DNA of 64,000 nt from Selaginella moellendorffii (Eukaryota; Plantae; Lycopodiophyta), in assembly GCF_000143415.4 (NCBI RefSeq), contig NW_003314283.1, positions 737,955-801,954 of the forward strand, written 5' to 3'. The notes below the pieces were generated by a model. That model did no database searches. It was not told the origin of the DNA and worked only from the letters and a program-made list of their open reading frames with translations. Each line of letters opens with the position of its first letter. Positions within the stretch are counted from its first letter, which is position 1. Below, piece by piece: positions 13,680 to 25,948 of this stretch. A program made the translations under genes and the position numbers.

Positions 13680-13965
13680 TGTAGATTTTCTTTCTCTTCG
13701 TGGATTTTTTACGCGTTTTTCCTTTTCTTCACTTAGATCGATTTTTTTTTCCGGGCTTTTCTTCCTGCATAGACTGATCCATGGTTCATTTCTTTGATTC
13801 GTTTGATCCATTTGATTATTTTGTTTGAGCATTCGTGATCCATGGTTCGTTTCTATGATTTTTTTGTTTGTAGTCTTGATGGTACTATCAGTTGTTGTTC
13901 ATACTCTTAACAGTTTCTTTTTGGTTTTTTAAACTAAAGCAGCTTGTTCGTGATTCCAAGACATG
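13680..13965 (+). repeat. Dispersed duplicate of the intron/exon segment at 24452-24730
   Basis: Shared blocks gtagattttctttctctt, cacttagatcgatt, gatccatggttcgttt, ttgttcatactctt, tcgtgattccaagac. Confidence 0.8.
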
Positions 13966-14689
13966 CGCCAACTCCAGGACCTGGTTTGTAAGCTTGTCAT
14001 CTCGTTCTATTATCTTGCAATCCTGGATTAAACCTTCTGCAATCCTCTAACCCTAAACCCTAAACCCTTCTGATTAGTTTATTAAAATAATTCAGAAAGG
14101 CAACATATGATTAAAAAGAAGTATAAAAACTTGTCTGCATAATATTCTAACATCACTATTCAATTTTTCACCACTTAGTTTCCTTTCGTCAGCTTTGGCC
14201 CGCTTCACCACTTGCTCAGCTTTAACAGGCACACTCATTGACCCTCTGGCTGCTCCGCCATCGGCACTGCTGCTGTTGCCCGCTCCACCACTTGTTCGAT
14301 TGTGTCCTCCTCCACTACCAGCTCAGGTCCAAGCTCTGTTGCCGAGTGAGGAAGTACTAGCGGCTAAAAAGGGCGTCGCTTCATCCTTTTCGATCTTATA
14401 CCTTGCCAACTCTTGCAGTTCACCCTCCGAAAGCAGGAATCTTGAAGCTATTTCTTTCACCGGAGCATTTGTTGAAAGCAGTCGTTCAATGCCATATCCC
14501 TGGTCTGAGCGTCTTCAACTCTCTGCTGTCCGCAGGCCTCGATGCACCATGAAAACTCCCGGAAGCCCAGCGCAGCATTAAGTTGCCCAGTCTACTTGCA
14601 GCCTCAACATACAACAGACAACTCTTTTCTTAAGCTTCTCATGTCGCCCACGCTGTCCTCGCTGCAACATGCTCCCAGCAAGTGTCACT

Positions 14690-15260
14690 TCTTATGTAAT
14701 GCTTTTTTGTCTACTCTTTTTTGTTCTTTCAGGAGTTGAGGAGCCCCTTGCGAGAGGTAATGCAAACGATTCTGAGCGCGAGTGCAAACTACTTGGTTTC
14801 TCGTTGAAACCAAAGACAGCTTTGGCCAGCACCGTGCCACCGCCAAAGATGACGGCGACAAGGATCTCGAGTTGGAAGCTTCCGGCTTCAGGAAGTGTTT
14901 TACTGGCCAGAACTGGAACCAGCATCAGCAACAAGCAGGACGTGCACCAAAGTAAGATCTCATTCGAGTCCAGAGCTCACTGCACCGTGTTTGGAACCTT
15001 TGAAAAGTAGAAGAGATTCAGAGTTTGGTGCTTCAAAAAATCCAAGTTTCCTGAGTACACGCAACTCCTGGAGGAGCTGCAGCATCTGTTCGGCATTGAC
15101 GAGAACCTGAACGGGTCCGAGTGGCAAACTGTGTACGTAGATAACGAGCTCGTCGGAGACGACCCCTTAGACGTTTGTTGATTTCATGGTGTATTTGTTT
15201 AAAGAGTTTTTACATTTCAGGGCGATGCGATGCATACGGATCCTATCGCTCAGCAGGATT
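14690..15260 (+). pseudogene. Auxin response factor (ARF) C-terminal/PB1 fragment
   Basis: ECKLLGFSL (cf. the CKLFGFSL repression motif), RTCTKV plus splice donor, YTQLLEELQHLFGIDENLNGSEWQTVYVDNE-LVGDDP (usual GDML residues and terminal W missing); no B3 domain seen. Confidence 0.75.
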
Positions 15261-15434
15261 ACGAGTAATTAAATAGCTCGTGCTTCGTTTTGAACTAATT
15301 GAGAACTTAGCTCAAGTTTAGGGTTCATCGTTGATGAAGGGCTAACGGGATTTCTTGAGGTAAGTTCGTTTAGGTAGGACTTTTCTTTGCGTTCGCAATA
15401 TAAGACAGATTGCTGGGGACAAGAAAGCGAGGTA

Positions 15435-16405
15435 TGATCAATGATAAACAAAGGCTAGAGGGTCAGAAACTCAACGTTTGAAGACACCAGGGTCGCTCTT
15501 TCTTTTCGATTGCAACGCAAAAGGGAGCCAGTGACACAGTGAAGCTAAGATGATATGCTCAAACAACTCAAACAAGTAAAGTGCAAAAAAACGGGCCAAG
15601 GAACTCCCAACGCGAAGGGATGTGGACAACGCTGTGTGTCACGTTGCCAGGTTCGCATGTGTTTCGATTTGTTCTAATTTTTTGTCATGAAGAAGCCAAG
15701 TGACGTGCTGGTGGTGCTCAACGACGATAAAAACTGAAAAACGCCATGTCACAGCGTGTGCCAAGAAGAAAAATGCTACTAGATTGGAGAGATTTTGTGT
15801 CAACGTTTTAGAGAGATTGTCAGTGCTTAGAGTTATGTTGTTGCTGCGCTCAACGCAAGGAGAAACAACATTCATCTTCAGAACTTCAATCCAGCTGAAG
15901 ACGTACATGACAATAGTCCAACCTCAATGAAAACAACGATCATGATCCTTGACCGGGTCCACTCTCGCTCGCAAAGTAAATTTGTTTAGGGTTTTTCTTT
16001 GTGTTAGCAAGACAACGAAACCAGAGATATTTTCTGTGCTTGCAACGAGCTAAGAGATATGCTCTAGAATGATCAACGATAAAAGAAAGGCTAGAGGTGA
16101 TAAAAAATTCGTGTTGAAACTCTCAACGTTTGAAGACACTGGGTTCGCTCTTTCTTTTCAATTGTCGACGCTATGCTCAACACAAAAGGGAGCAGGTGAT
16201 ACAGTCAAGCTAAGATGATATGCTCCTAAGTGCAAAACAACGGTCCAAGGAACTCTCAACGGGAAGGGAAACTTGTGAATACGAACAAAACTAACGATCA
16301 TTGAAAGTTGACGCTTCATGAATTTCTTGTCATGAAAAAGTTATGTTGTTGCTGTGCTCAACGCAAGACCGAGAAGCAACGTTGGGCACCTCCGATCTTC
16401 AGAAT
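15435..16405 (+). repeat. Imperfect direct repeat (15435-15620 vs 16069-16270; 15830-15885 vs 16340-16405)
   Basis: Shared ctcaacgtttgaagacac..ggg..cgctctttctttt, aagctaagatgatatgctc and gttatgttgttgctg.gctcaacgcaag. Confidence 0.85.
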
Positions 16406-16568
16406 TACTAAGTGGTCAAGGCTCAGAGAACCCATTTACTAGTCAACCTAGTGGAGTTTCTCTGACGATGGGATAGGCCTTCCTGCAGTTTGCACAAGGC
16501 CTTCTATAGTCCCCACAGCTACAACCAAACGTGACGCATCAACTAGTTTATCTTGATAAGAAGAAGAC

Positions 16569-17124
16569 TTACCATTTACACTTGAACGCCGATACGTTCC
16601 AAAGAACAGCCACGGTCGAAGTGGTGTCAGAGCAATGCATCTCTTCTGAGATCTTGTCTGTTTTCTCGGCTGGAGAATAAAAAAAATGCGTGTGCTCGGT
16701 ATCTAGATCCCACGACTTAATGCTCCAATCCTGGGAGTTAAAAAAAAGAATCCAATTCATGCAAAAGATCTATGCCAAAAGCTGTATCATACCTCTAGAG
16801 TGAGAGCATCAACTCTGCAAGAAAATTCACCATCATCAGCCAAACCTCTCACATTCTTAGTAAAATTTCCGGATCACGTGAAGTCCTCGCGTCAATTCGG
16901 AGAAATTAGCTCGGAAATCTCACCAGTGATGTGTTGCCCAACCAGCCGCGAAGAGTGCCTGCGAGTGATGAAATGCTCCACACTGTGGCCGAGCTCCACC
17001 GCTCTCGGCTCCCTGGACCTTCAGATACTGCCTCGCCGTCCAGTCCATCGCTGCTCCCTATAAACCCCCTTATATCTGCGTCACACCTTTCGCGCCATGG
17101 CGTCGCTCCCGGATCCACATACAC
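16569..17124 (-). pseudogene. Possible WD40-repeat gene remnant
   Basis: DWSIKSWDLDT and VAVLWNV WD-like ends flanked by splice-like sites; fragmentary. Confidence 0.3.
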
Positions 17125-17289
17125 AAAACCCTAGCTCACCTCGCGCGAAGCTCCTACAAGCTATACTGCTGCCAGTGTAGAGCTCGCACCGAATTCCAAG
17201 TGGTTAAAATCCAACGGTGCAGATTTCCGAGCCCTAGGGTTTAGGGTTTATCCACCGCGCGCCTCCTCCAAGAGTTCTCTGTTCTCACG

Positions 17290-18252
17290 GCTGGCATGCT
17301 CGGCATTCCTGCCTTCCATTGCCCCAGATGGGATTTTCCAGCCAGGGGGATTGGATTGCACAGGCCTAAAACCCGTGCTCTTCTGCTAGCCTTCAGGCTG
17401 CAAATCCGTGCTCTTCCGCCAGCAATAGAAGAAATGAGAAGGAAAGGGAAGAAAGGAGTGGCTTTGAAAGCCTCGACTGCTGGAAGGCTGACAACGTGAC
17501 GAAGAAGGCTCCTGCGAGAAAATCTAAACGGACAGCAAAGCCGCAAGAAGAGACCCTAAGGATCATATAAGAAAAATGCCAGATCCAAGCAGCAAACGGT
17601 GCCTGTGGAACAAAAGCCCGTGAAGAACGAATTGAATGCTACGAAAGAAGATGACTCAGGAAAGGTGAAAGCTGTCGCGAAAGCAACGAAGCTGAAGCCT
17701 CCCATGGACGTAAAAGATGGTGAAGATTCGAAGTAAGTCCTCAAGAAGCCAGAAGAAGGCTGAAGTAGTAGAAGCCATCGCCTGGCACATTCTCGAGATG
17801 ATTAAGCTGGAAGGCATCATGAAGAAGGGGCTTAGTAAATCCGCTGGAAGAATCCAGTCAGCTGCTGGCTTGGAGAAGGAGATCGAGCGCTCCCTGCGCA
17901 GAGATTTCTCCAGCACACAGCAAGGGACAAGTGAGCTTTCCGGCACAGCTTGTGAGCCACAACGGCGTCAAACTGGACCAGTTCTCGCTCACTGCTGGCG
18001 ATGCTGAGGCCGTAGACGTACTCTCCAGCACGCTTTCGACACCGGATGGTGGCGGCGTTCTTGTCGCGCTACTTCAGCGAGGATGTGAACTACGGCTTCA
18101 CGGCCAACATGGAGGAGCAGCAACTCGACGCTGTTTCGTCCGGGAACATGAAGTGGAACGCAGTGTTGCAGCAGTTCTGGCGAAACTTCCACGACAAAGG
18201 TAGCAGACATGCAACAGGTAGACGACTAGCTTTCCAGCCCATGCGGTTTTGA
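17290..18252 (+). pseudogene. Type IA (TopA-like, organellar) DNA topoisomerase remnant, copy 1, heavily deleted
   Basis: EAIAWHILEM (~17771), SAGRIQSAA..EKEI (~17840), VNYGFTANMEEQQLDAVSSGNMKWNAVLQQFW (~18085); these motifs are normally hundreds of residues apart. Confidence 0.8.
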
Positions 18253-18564
18253 CCCGCCAAGGTTGCTCGCCAATGTTAAAGAGCTCTTTCTCAATTGTGT
18301 GAAATCCTTCTGTATATCACATCTTGGATCTGGAGAGCCTTCATGAGCATGGAGGAATATAGACTCACGACTAGTACGAAATCATTTGGACCACGAAGAC
18401 TGCCGTATGAACGAAGCCTTCACAAGCACGGAGGCGTGACACACACGACTAGCGTTCTGGCCCATGCGTTTTTGACCCGCCAACTTTGCTCGACATAAAA
18501 AGGAAAGCAGTTCGAGCAGAGCTTCGTGGCAAAGAGAAAAAAAGAGATTTAGTTCATTGCAGGC

Positions 18565-20770
18565 ATGGGAGGGGCTCTTGTTCTTGGTGCTTATGTAATG
18601 CTCTGCATTTCAGCTTGTATACAGGCATGGGAAATGTATGAGCTCCAGGCTTTGCTTGTGTTTAAAGGAGGTTTATCAAATCACACTGCTCTATACGGCT
18701 GGACAATGGAAAATTCTCACAATCTCTGTGTGTCTTGGGAAGGAGTGACCTGCAGTAATGTTACTGGTCATGTTATAATGCTCGATTTGTGGGATCTCAA
18801 TCTGGAAGGAATAATCAGTCCGGAAGTATCCAAGTTGAAAAATCTGGAGGTGCTTGACCTCTCTCGGAATGAGCCTCTACCAAAAGAGTTTGGAATGATG
18901 AAGAAATTGAAACAATTGTATTTGTCATGTGAAATTCTGGAATTTATTGGCAATTTCTCATCGCTTGAATGTATTCGGGCTGACATTGCTATTGGAGGAA
19001 TACCGAGGTCAATTGGGCAGCTAGAAAACCTACTTCACGTTGAAATTTTATATGACTATATTTTTGGGTCAATCCGGAGGAAATATACATTGAGCCTAAT
19101 AACATTATTGAAAGTTTTATACCATTGTCACTCACGCTTCTACCTCTTCTCAAAGTTTTATCTTTGACTCGTTTGAATGGTACTGGGGCAATCCCAAAAG
19201 AAGTATAGAACTTGACTCATTTGGAGGAGCTTACTCTAAGACATTGCTCCTTGATAGGTTCATTAACACCACAACTTGGTGTTCAATTTAGAATTCTGGA
19301 TTTGTCCAACAACTTTCTATCATTATTTTCAAGTTATCTTCAGAGTTTAGATATGAGTTATAGCATGTTCTGTGGAAGCATACCAGTCAGCTTAGGACAA
19401 ATGGGAGGACTAACGAGCCTAGACCTTAGCAATAACAGGTTCACAGGTAAGCTTGGGGCATTTATCAAATTTAAGTTATCTTTATTTGAGTAACAATTTG
19501 TTGACTGGTGCTATACCAATGCACTTAAGGCAGCTATCGAATCTGAAACTTCTTGACTTGCATATCAACAGTTTAAATGGCATCTTACCAAATTTCCTGA
19601 CAACAATTTCAATTCAAGAATTGGATCTATTAGGCAACAAATTCAACAGACATATGCCCATTTCAAGGGATATGGACTACCTAGATTTGTCAGAGAACAT
19701 GCTCACTGGGGAAATACCAAGAATAAGTACTGGGCCTTCATGTAATTTGCAACACTTGGATGTGAGCAGTAATAGATTAGTTGGGGGTCTGCCAAATTGG
19801 CTCAAGCACTACACTGGTCTACATTTCTTCGGGTTCATAATAACTCTTTGAGTGGAAATCTTGTCTTCAAAAACATGACAAGTCTTTTATATCTTTCACT
19901 CTCATATAACAAATTTAAAGGTGAACTACCAGAAAGTCCATCACAAGAAACACAGCACATTATCATCAGTGATAACAGGTTTTCTGGCAAAATTCCTTCA
20001 TTTCTTTCACATTTCAAAGATCTCACTGTGCTAATCATTGGTGGAAACAGATTCCATGGACCAATACCTGATTGGCTGTGGAACATGCCCCACCTTTGCG
20101 TCCTTGATCTCTCCCACAACAAGTTTGAAGGATGTCTTCCAAGTTCTATAAGCCAATTAGATGCATTCAAACATGCCAAAATCTTAGTCCTCAACAATGG
20201 AGACCATTAATGCTTATGGTCAAAGGAAAAGAATAACAATTTCCATATTTTGATCTATCAAATACCATCCTTAATCTGTCATCCAACCAATTGACGGGAG
20301 TGATTCCTCCAAGTTTGGGTGAGTCAGATAAACTCCGCATCCTCAATCTCTTTAATAATCACTTTTCTGGAAACATTCCCCTAACTCTAGGCAAGATAGT
20401 ACAGCTAGAGCAGCTGGACTTCTCCTTTAACAACATTACTGGACACATTCCCAATACGCTTCAAGAACTTCATTCATTGTCATCTTTGAATCTTTCATTC
20501 AATATGCTTGACAGGCAAATGAGCACATTTGAAAAGTCAAGCTATTTGGAAAATCCAGGCTTCTGTGGAAAGCCATTTGACAAAGAGTGTCCCAGCAATA
20601 GTAGCTCCACATTATTGGCTTATGAGCACTTCAGTAGCTGGTGGCAGGAAAATATGTTATTATGGGCATTTACACTTGGCTTCATAATTTCACTCATATA
20701 GGTAAGCATATGTATGAGCATATTTACAAGGGTTAGGGTTTATATGGTTCATTTTTCTAGTAACAACTAA
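18565..20770 (+). pseudogene. LRR receptor-like protein (RLP) pseudogene
   Basis: Signal peptide, LRRNT (ALLVFK..CVSWEGVTC), many LxxLDLSxNxLxGxIP repeats, SSYLENPGFCGKP and a TM segment; split over at least 5 ORFs by frameshifts and stops. Confidence 0.9.
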
Positions 20771-20859
20771 CTATATGAAGTTGTAGAGAAAACTACTTAT
20801 AAAGTTGAATACTTGTTACTAGAAAGTAACAAGTAGAATAAGATCTCTCAAGTTTGTCC

Positions 20860-22030
20860 TCGTGGCATTTCTAGCTTCCATTGCTGCATGTAGGATATCG
20901 TGTGGGATTTTCAGGCCAAGGGTGATGGCACAAATCTGTGCTTATTCTTCCACTAAGAGTAGAAAATAAGGCTGAGAATTTGACAAATTGAGGGAAGCTT
21001 ATACCAAAGAAATATAAGAAAAATGCCAAATCCAAACAACAGGCAGTGGGATGACTACCAATGCTGCAAAGAAGAAGGAACGAAAGAAGATGGAAAGCAA
21101 CGAAGCCCCAAGGAAGTTGCAGCCCCAGAATGCAAGAACTGGATCGACCCAGTGTTCATGTACCTGGGAGTTCTCAAAAGATCACGAATGAACCAGGTGA
21201 TCACAAAACATGACAAGCAATGATGTTCTCACATTGAAGGTTGCATCGGTGCAAGGAAAATAGTGAGGGACAGGTGACTCACGGAAGAGCTCCACAACTT
21301 GCTCTGCCTTTGGGCACAGCAGGATTGTGCAAGGTGTGTGCTTCTGCAACTTTTCTTTTCTCTACATCTTGGACTCAAGACAATGAACATACATTTCCAA
21401 TGATGCAAAGCAGCTGATCTTCTGTGCGACACATTTTTCAAAGGCTACTGGAGATTTCCACCAAGAAGAAATTGGCCAAGTAAGTCCTTCTAAATGTAAT
21501 ATCAATTTTGAAAATGTTTGGTGCTCGTCCAGGATTCCTTTGATAAACTCCATTCCGTTCCCACAACATTGCGATACTACTTGGAGGGCCTTCAAGACCT
21601 TGATATTGATGATCCTCAAGCTTTACTCCAAGAGACTTATCCTTCAACAGATCACAAATGATCAACGAGTATGTTTTGCTCGTTTCCTGTTCCATCTGAC
21701 TGCCTTCCAGATATGCATTTGAGACAGCTTCGGTTAGAGATGCCAGCGGCTGATCAAGCATCGGTTTGGAAGGAAAAGAATGGCTGGAGTGGCTTTCACA
21801 CCCACGCTTTTTCTAAACCAAGGCTGAGCAAAATCCTTGAGATGCAAGAAAAGGGCTGAAGTAATAGTTGCAACTGCCACTGATTCCTCCAAAGAGAGAA
21901 TAGAACAAGAAAATGGGCTGCTCTCACGGGAAAGGTGGTGGCCATGGTGGAGTCTCCTGCCAAGGCCAAAACAATAGAGAAGTACCTGGAAGAGAACAAT
22001 GTGGCGAGCTATAGTGACATACCAAACTCA
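20860..22030 (+). pseudogene. Type IA topoisomerase remnant, copy 2 (5' part), interrupted by a kinesin fragment
   Basis: 20860-21060 matches 17300-17610 (gcttccattgc, tgggatttt, atataagaaaaatgcca.atccaa); TOPRIM start VESPAKAKTIEKYL at 21947-21988. Confidence 0.75.
21229..21761 (-). pseudogene. Degenerate kinesin motor-domain fragment
   Basis: Motifs in kinesin order: IICDLL..GVKLED..QGL; RAPNIFKIDI..FFLVEISSS (cf. RSHAIF..LVDLAGS); RQSKL..LTIFLAPMQPS (cf. RDSKLT..TLMIACISPS); frameshifted. Confidence 0.45.
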
Positions 22031-22749
22031 AGTTAGCACAGGCGATGGACATAAGTACGCAAGCGTAATGGATAAGCCTAGATGAGGAAGATTAAAAACG
22101 ATGAACGGCTTGGATTTACTTTGAATTACAACCAGGATTTAAGTTATAGGACCATTACAGTGAATTGGTCCAAGCATTCCCATGGTGACTTAACCAATGC
22201 TCTCGTAAACACAAGCTTGCACCAAGTATAATGTGCTTGGCGAAGATGTACATGACAACCTGAATGAAAACAACGATCATGCAAACTCCGAAGTCAAAGG
22301 AATGTGCATAGCACGAATTTACAAGAAAAGACGCTTGAATCAACTCGTATACTGTTTGTTCTAACTAGGATGTTTGCTGTTCAACGAAATGGAAGTCGAA
22401 GTTTAACAGGTTCAGTTTGTTCTAACCAGAATGTTTGTTCAGCGAACTGAGAGGCTTCAACCTTCCAGGTCTATGTTCTCCGTAGTTTTCTTTGTGGTTT
22501 TTCTAACTTCCTTTTGTTTTTGCAACACCATGAGATTGCAACGGTGCCATAGAACAACGTTTCAGGGCCAGCTATGGAAGTTTACGCTTTGGCAGCGGCA
22601 AAACGTACACAAAGCACTCTGTGGTTTCCTTGAAAAGAAATGAATACATTTACAATGTTGCAAACATTTGTCGAGTAGTTGTGTCAAAAAACACTAAAGT
22701 AGCTTGTGAGATTCCCAGAGACGAGCGTCTGGGCGCTGTGGCAGCTACT

Positions 22750-23950
22750 CAAGAGCTCGTTATACCTCTTGTGACTGTCTGAGCTTGAAGACCTTGGGCT
22801 CGTCACCTCCAAAACTTCCAAGCCGATCCCCTCTGGCGTGAGCTTCGTGTCCTCTGTCCACAGCCGAGGAATTTCTTCCAGTCCAGTCGCTGCTGCCTGA
22901 GCGTTTTCATCCAGCCTTTTGTCCAGCCTTGCACTAGCTCGTCCAGTCGTGCCTCTGGCTCCGTCTGAAGTAGCACTGCCTCTTCTTCGTCCGTGGCCTT
23001 CGGGAGTAGACTCAAAAGGAGCTCATCTCCACTTCTCAGGTACTCGAGCTCGCTCGTGTATCACGGGCAGTCTCGGTCTCCTGGTGTACTGCTGGTTGTA
23101 CCTCTCCACAAAACTCACAACCTTTCCTGGATCGACTTGGGGACGTCACCACCTTGGAACCGAAACGCAAACGCGAGACTCTTTTCGTAGTCCCCTACCT
23201 CGTCTCTGAAAGGATATATCGCAAGAGATAAACCGTCGGGAGAGGCTCAGAAAATGCTCCGGAACACCCGATGCCACCGGGAGCCACCTTCCGCACTGCT
23301 CCATCCAAAATGCTGGCTGCGACACGGTTAGCCTCCGGTTCTTCGTAGCCGAGAGGTACACTTCCAGCGGAGAGCTCTCACGCAGTCGAGGATTGCCTCC
23401 GCCGACAACGGTGAGAGAGCTAGAGCAAACGCGGTTCGTCAAGGCGAGGAAAGGGAGGCTGTCGGTCCAGCGCGTAGAAAATTGGCTGCAAAGTCGCAAA
23501 GCTGTTCCAGCCTGCGGGAGGAGTGTCCAGATCCTTATACCAAGCTTCCGGCGAAGTAAGGCAAGGTCGGGAGGAGGCCAGTGACTGGGACTCGTACTGG
23601 CAGCGTTTGTCAGCTCAGACTCTAGCCAGGGGTATTGAGTGGCTCACGACTTTAGCGCCGGCTCACCCTGCTGTTGCTGTGGATCTCCGCGACTTGGTGG
23701 CAGAAAAGCTCCTCCATGGGAAGAAACCCCTGGAGACTATGTAGCAGTCTTCAACAAAGCGCTCCACGACGCTACAGCGCACTGCAGTAGAATCTGTGCT
23801 CGCTTTTCCCAGTGATCGATAAGACTATCCAGCGGCTGCATGTGTAGATGAAGCAGCAGCGCCAACTCTTCTTCTGGGGGCGGCCTTCTGTTGAGATTGC
23901 CTTCGTCTGATCCAAAGCCACTTGAAAATACCAACAGTGGCACAAAGGTC
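22750..23950 (-). pseudogene. GC-rich coding-like tract of unknown family, disrupted
   Basis: Successive minus-strand ORFs (23737-23943, 23146-23499, 22803-23015) with coding-like composition but no continuous frame. Confidence 0.25.
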
Positions 23951-24373
23951 CCGGTCGGAAGAGCGAATGTAGCTTGCTGCGCATCCTGCTTAGAGGCGAG
24001 CCTTCGTCAACCAAGAACAGCGCTTGCCCCGTTGATACTGTCGAGAATGCACAGGGCACCCAAAAGGTGGTTGTAGTTAGATTAACTTCTAAGTTGATTT
24101 TTGTTTCTAAATTTGGTTTATGTTGGGGCATAAATATAGAAGTGTTCAAAATTCCACGTGTACCTATATTGTTCACATGGGCAGCCAATATTTTGACGCG
24201 TGTCAGCCAAGTCAGCATTGGCATTTCTAGGGTTACGTCGAGTGAGGGGAGGAGAGGGATGTTGCTTATGGCGGTTTGTGGATGCACCACGCCCACCGAG
24301 GAGCTCCCAACCAGTCGGCCGCCTCCGCGATCGCGAAGGAAGAGCAGCGCCATCACTGCCGCTAGGCTCTCCA

Positions 24374-25948
24374 ATGCCGATCCAGAAATCGCCAGAAAGG
24401 TACACTAGATTTTGATCCTTCGCGCATCTCCATCGTTCTTTGATTTTGTGTGTAGATTTTCTTTCTCTTTGTTGCTGGATTTCTTACACTTTTCTTTGTC
24501 TTTCTTTCACTTAGATCGATTGTTTTTCTAGCTTCTCAGGCTTCTCTTCGTGCATCGTGAGATCCATGGTTCGTTTTTTTTATCCTCTTGTTTGAGCTTT
24601 GGTTTGTTTCTTTGATTCTTTTGTTTTGATTACTGTTTGTTCGTTGTTGTTCATACTCTTCTAAAAGTTTTATTTTTTTTGGTTTTTTCCAGTTGGAAGA
24701 ACTTAACCAGCTTCGTCGTGATTCCAAGACCCGCACCTTGAACGCGCCGCTCCAGAAGAAATACGACGACCTCGAGAACAGCCTCAACAAATGCAAAGAC
24801 GACCTCCGCGACCTTCAGCGAAAGGCAGTCACGGCATCGCCGTCTCAGCTGCGCAGCAAGTACGAAGCACTCGGCGATGAGCTAAAGAAGTACAAGCAAG
24901 ATCTGGAAGCTCTCCACAGCGAGACACAGTCGGCGGACTCGGAAAGCTTGCAGAAGAAGTACGAGGCTTTGCAGTTCGTTCTTCTCAGGTACCGGAAAGA
25001 CATCGAGGACGAGCTCCAGAAATGCTGGACACAGCTGAAGCTCCTTCATCTCGAATCTCAGCTCGCGAGCCCGACTCATGGTAAAACAGAGAAAGGTTCT
25101 AGCAGGCCAGAGTCACAAGATCTTCGCAAGTGATGGTGGTGGTGGTAGAAACAGGCGTAGTTTTTTTTTTTCCTCGGGCCGTGAAGGACTCTTTGGTGAA
25201 AGTTTTCATCCAGTGACAAGCTTTGACGATGGTGGTGAAGGTGAAGGCGAAGGCGAAGGTGACGGTGAGAGCGAAGCAGGCGGTGACGAAACCTCGGCGT
25301 GTAAAGGAAGTGAGACGGAGAGCGAAGCTGACAAGCTTCGTCTCGTTCCATTAGCTCTGGAGAGAAATCCTCGACGGCCACGCTGCGCGCTGCTTTGGAA
25401 GCCACCACTTCCGGATTCTCGAGATAAGTAAGATCTCTCGTTTTCCCGATTCGTCGACTCGAAAACTCACTCTTTGTTCTTGCTTTGTTTTGGTTTTTTC
25501 TTTGCAGGACCAAGCACTACGACGAACGCAAGCTCTTGGAGCATTTGACTTGTCGGAAGCACCGGCTGGGATACCGAAGCAAGCCGCCCAAGTACTTTCC
25601 ACAGTGCGAGGTGGAAAACTGTGGAGATTCTTTCTAAGAAGAGGAGAAAAAAAAATTGGAATCGTGCCGCGAGAGAGCTTGGCTGGATCCGTGGAGGAAC
25701 TCTCGTCGCGGAGCGCGAGAATTCTGGAAGTTAAGTCTTGGATTTCAAGCTCCATACTAATGAATTCGACAACGTGCAGCACATACACTCAAAGAATCTT
25801 GTCGCGTCACCGAATAGAAAAATTCAACACGAAAGAACTTCCTAGAGCATGGGACGTGATCTTGATTCTATCAGCTGGCCATTACCTGCGCGATGACTTC
25901 ATCAACTCCAAACTTGATGGAAGTGTTTGTGAGTCATATTTCTTCTAA
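24374..25948 (+). CDS. Putative multi-exon coiled-coil protein
   Basis: ATG 24374 (MPIQKSPE) with donor at ~24400, acceptor ttccag at 24692; exon 24693-25080 has three heptad-rich repeats; downstream acidic GEGEGEGDG exon; 3' structure uncertain. Confidence 0.45.

Noticed and set aside
17717-18252. TopA fragments as bacterial contamination or recent HGT
   Set aside because: Plants encode an organellar TopA-like enzyme with an N-terminal extension, and the fragments are embedded among plant pseudogenes
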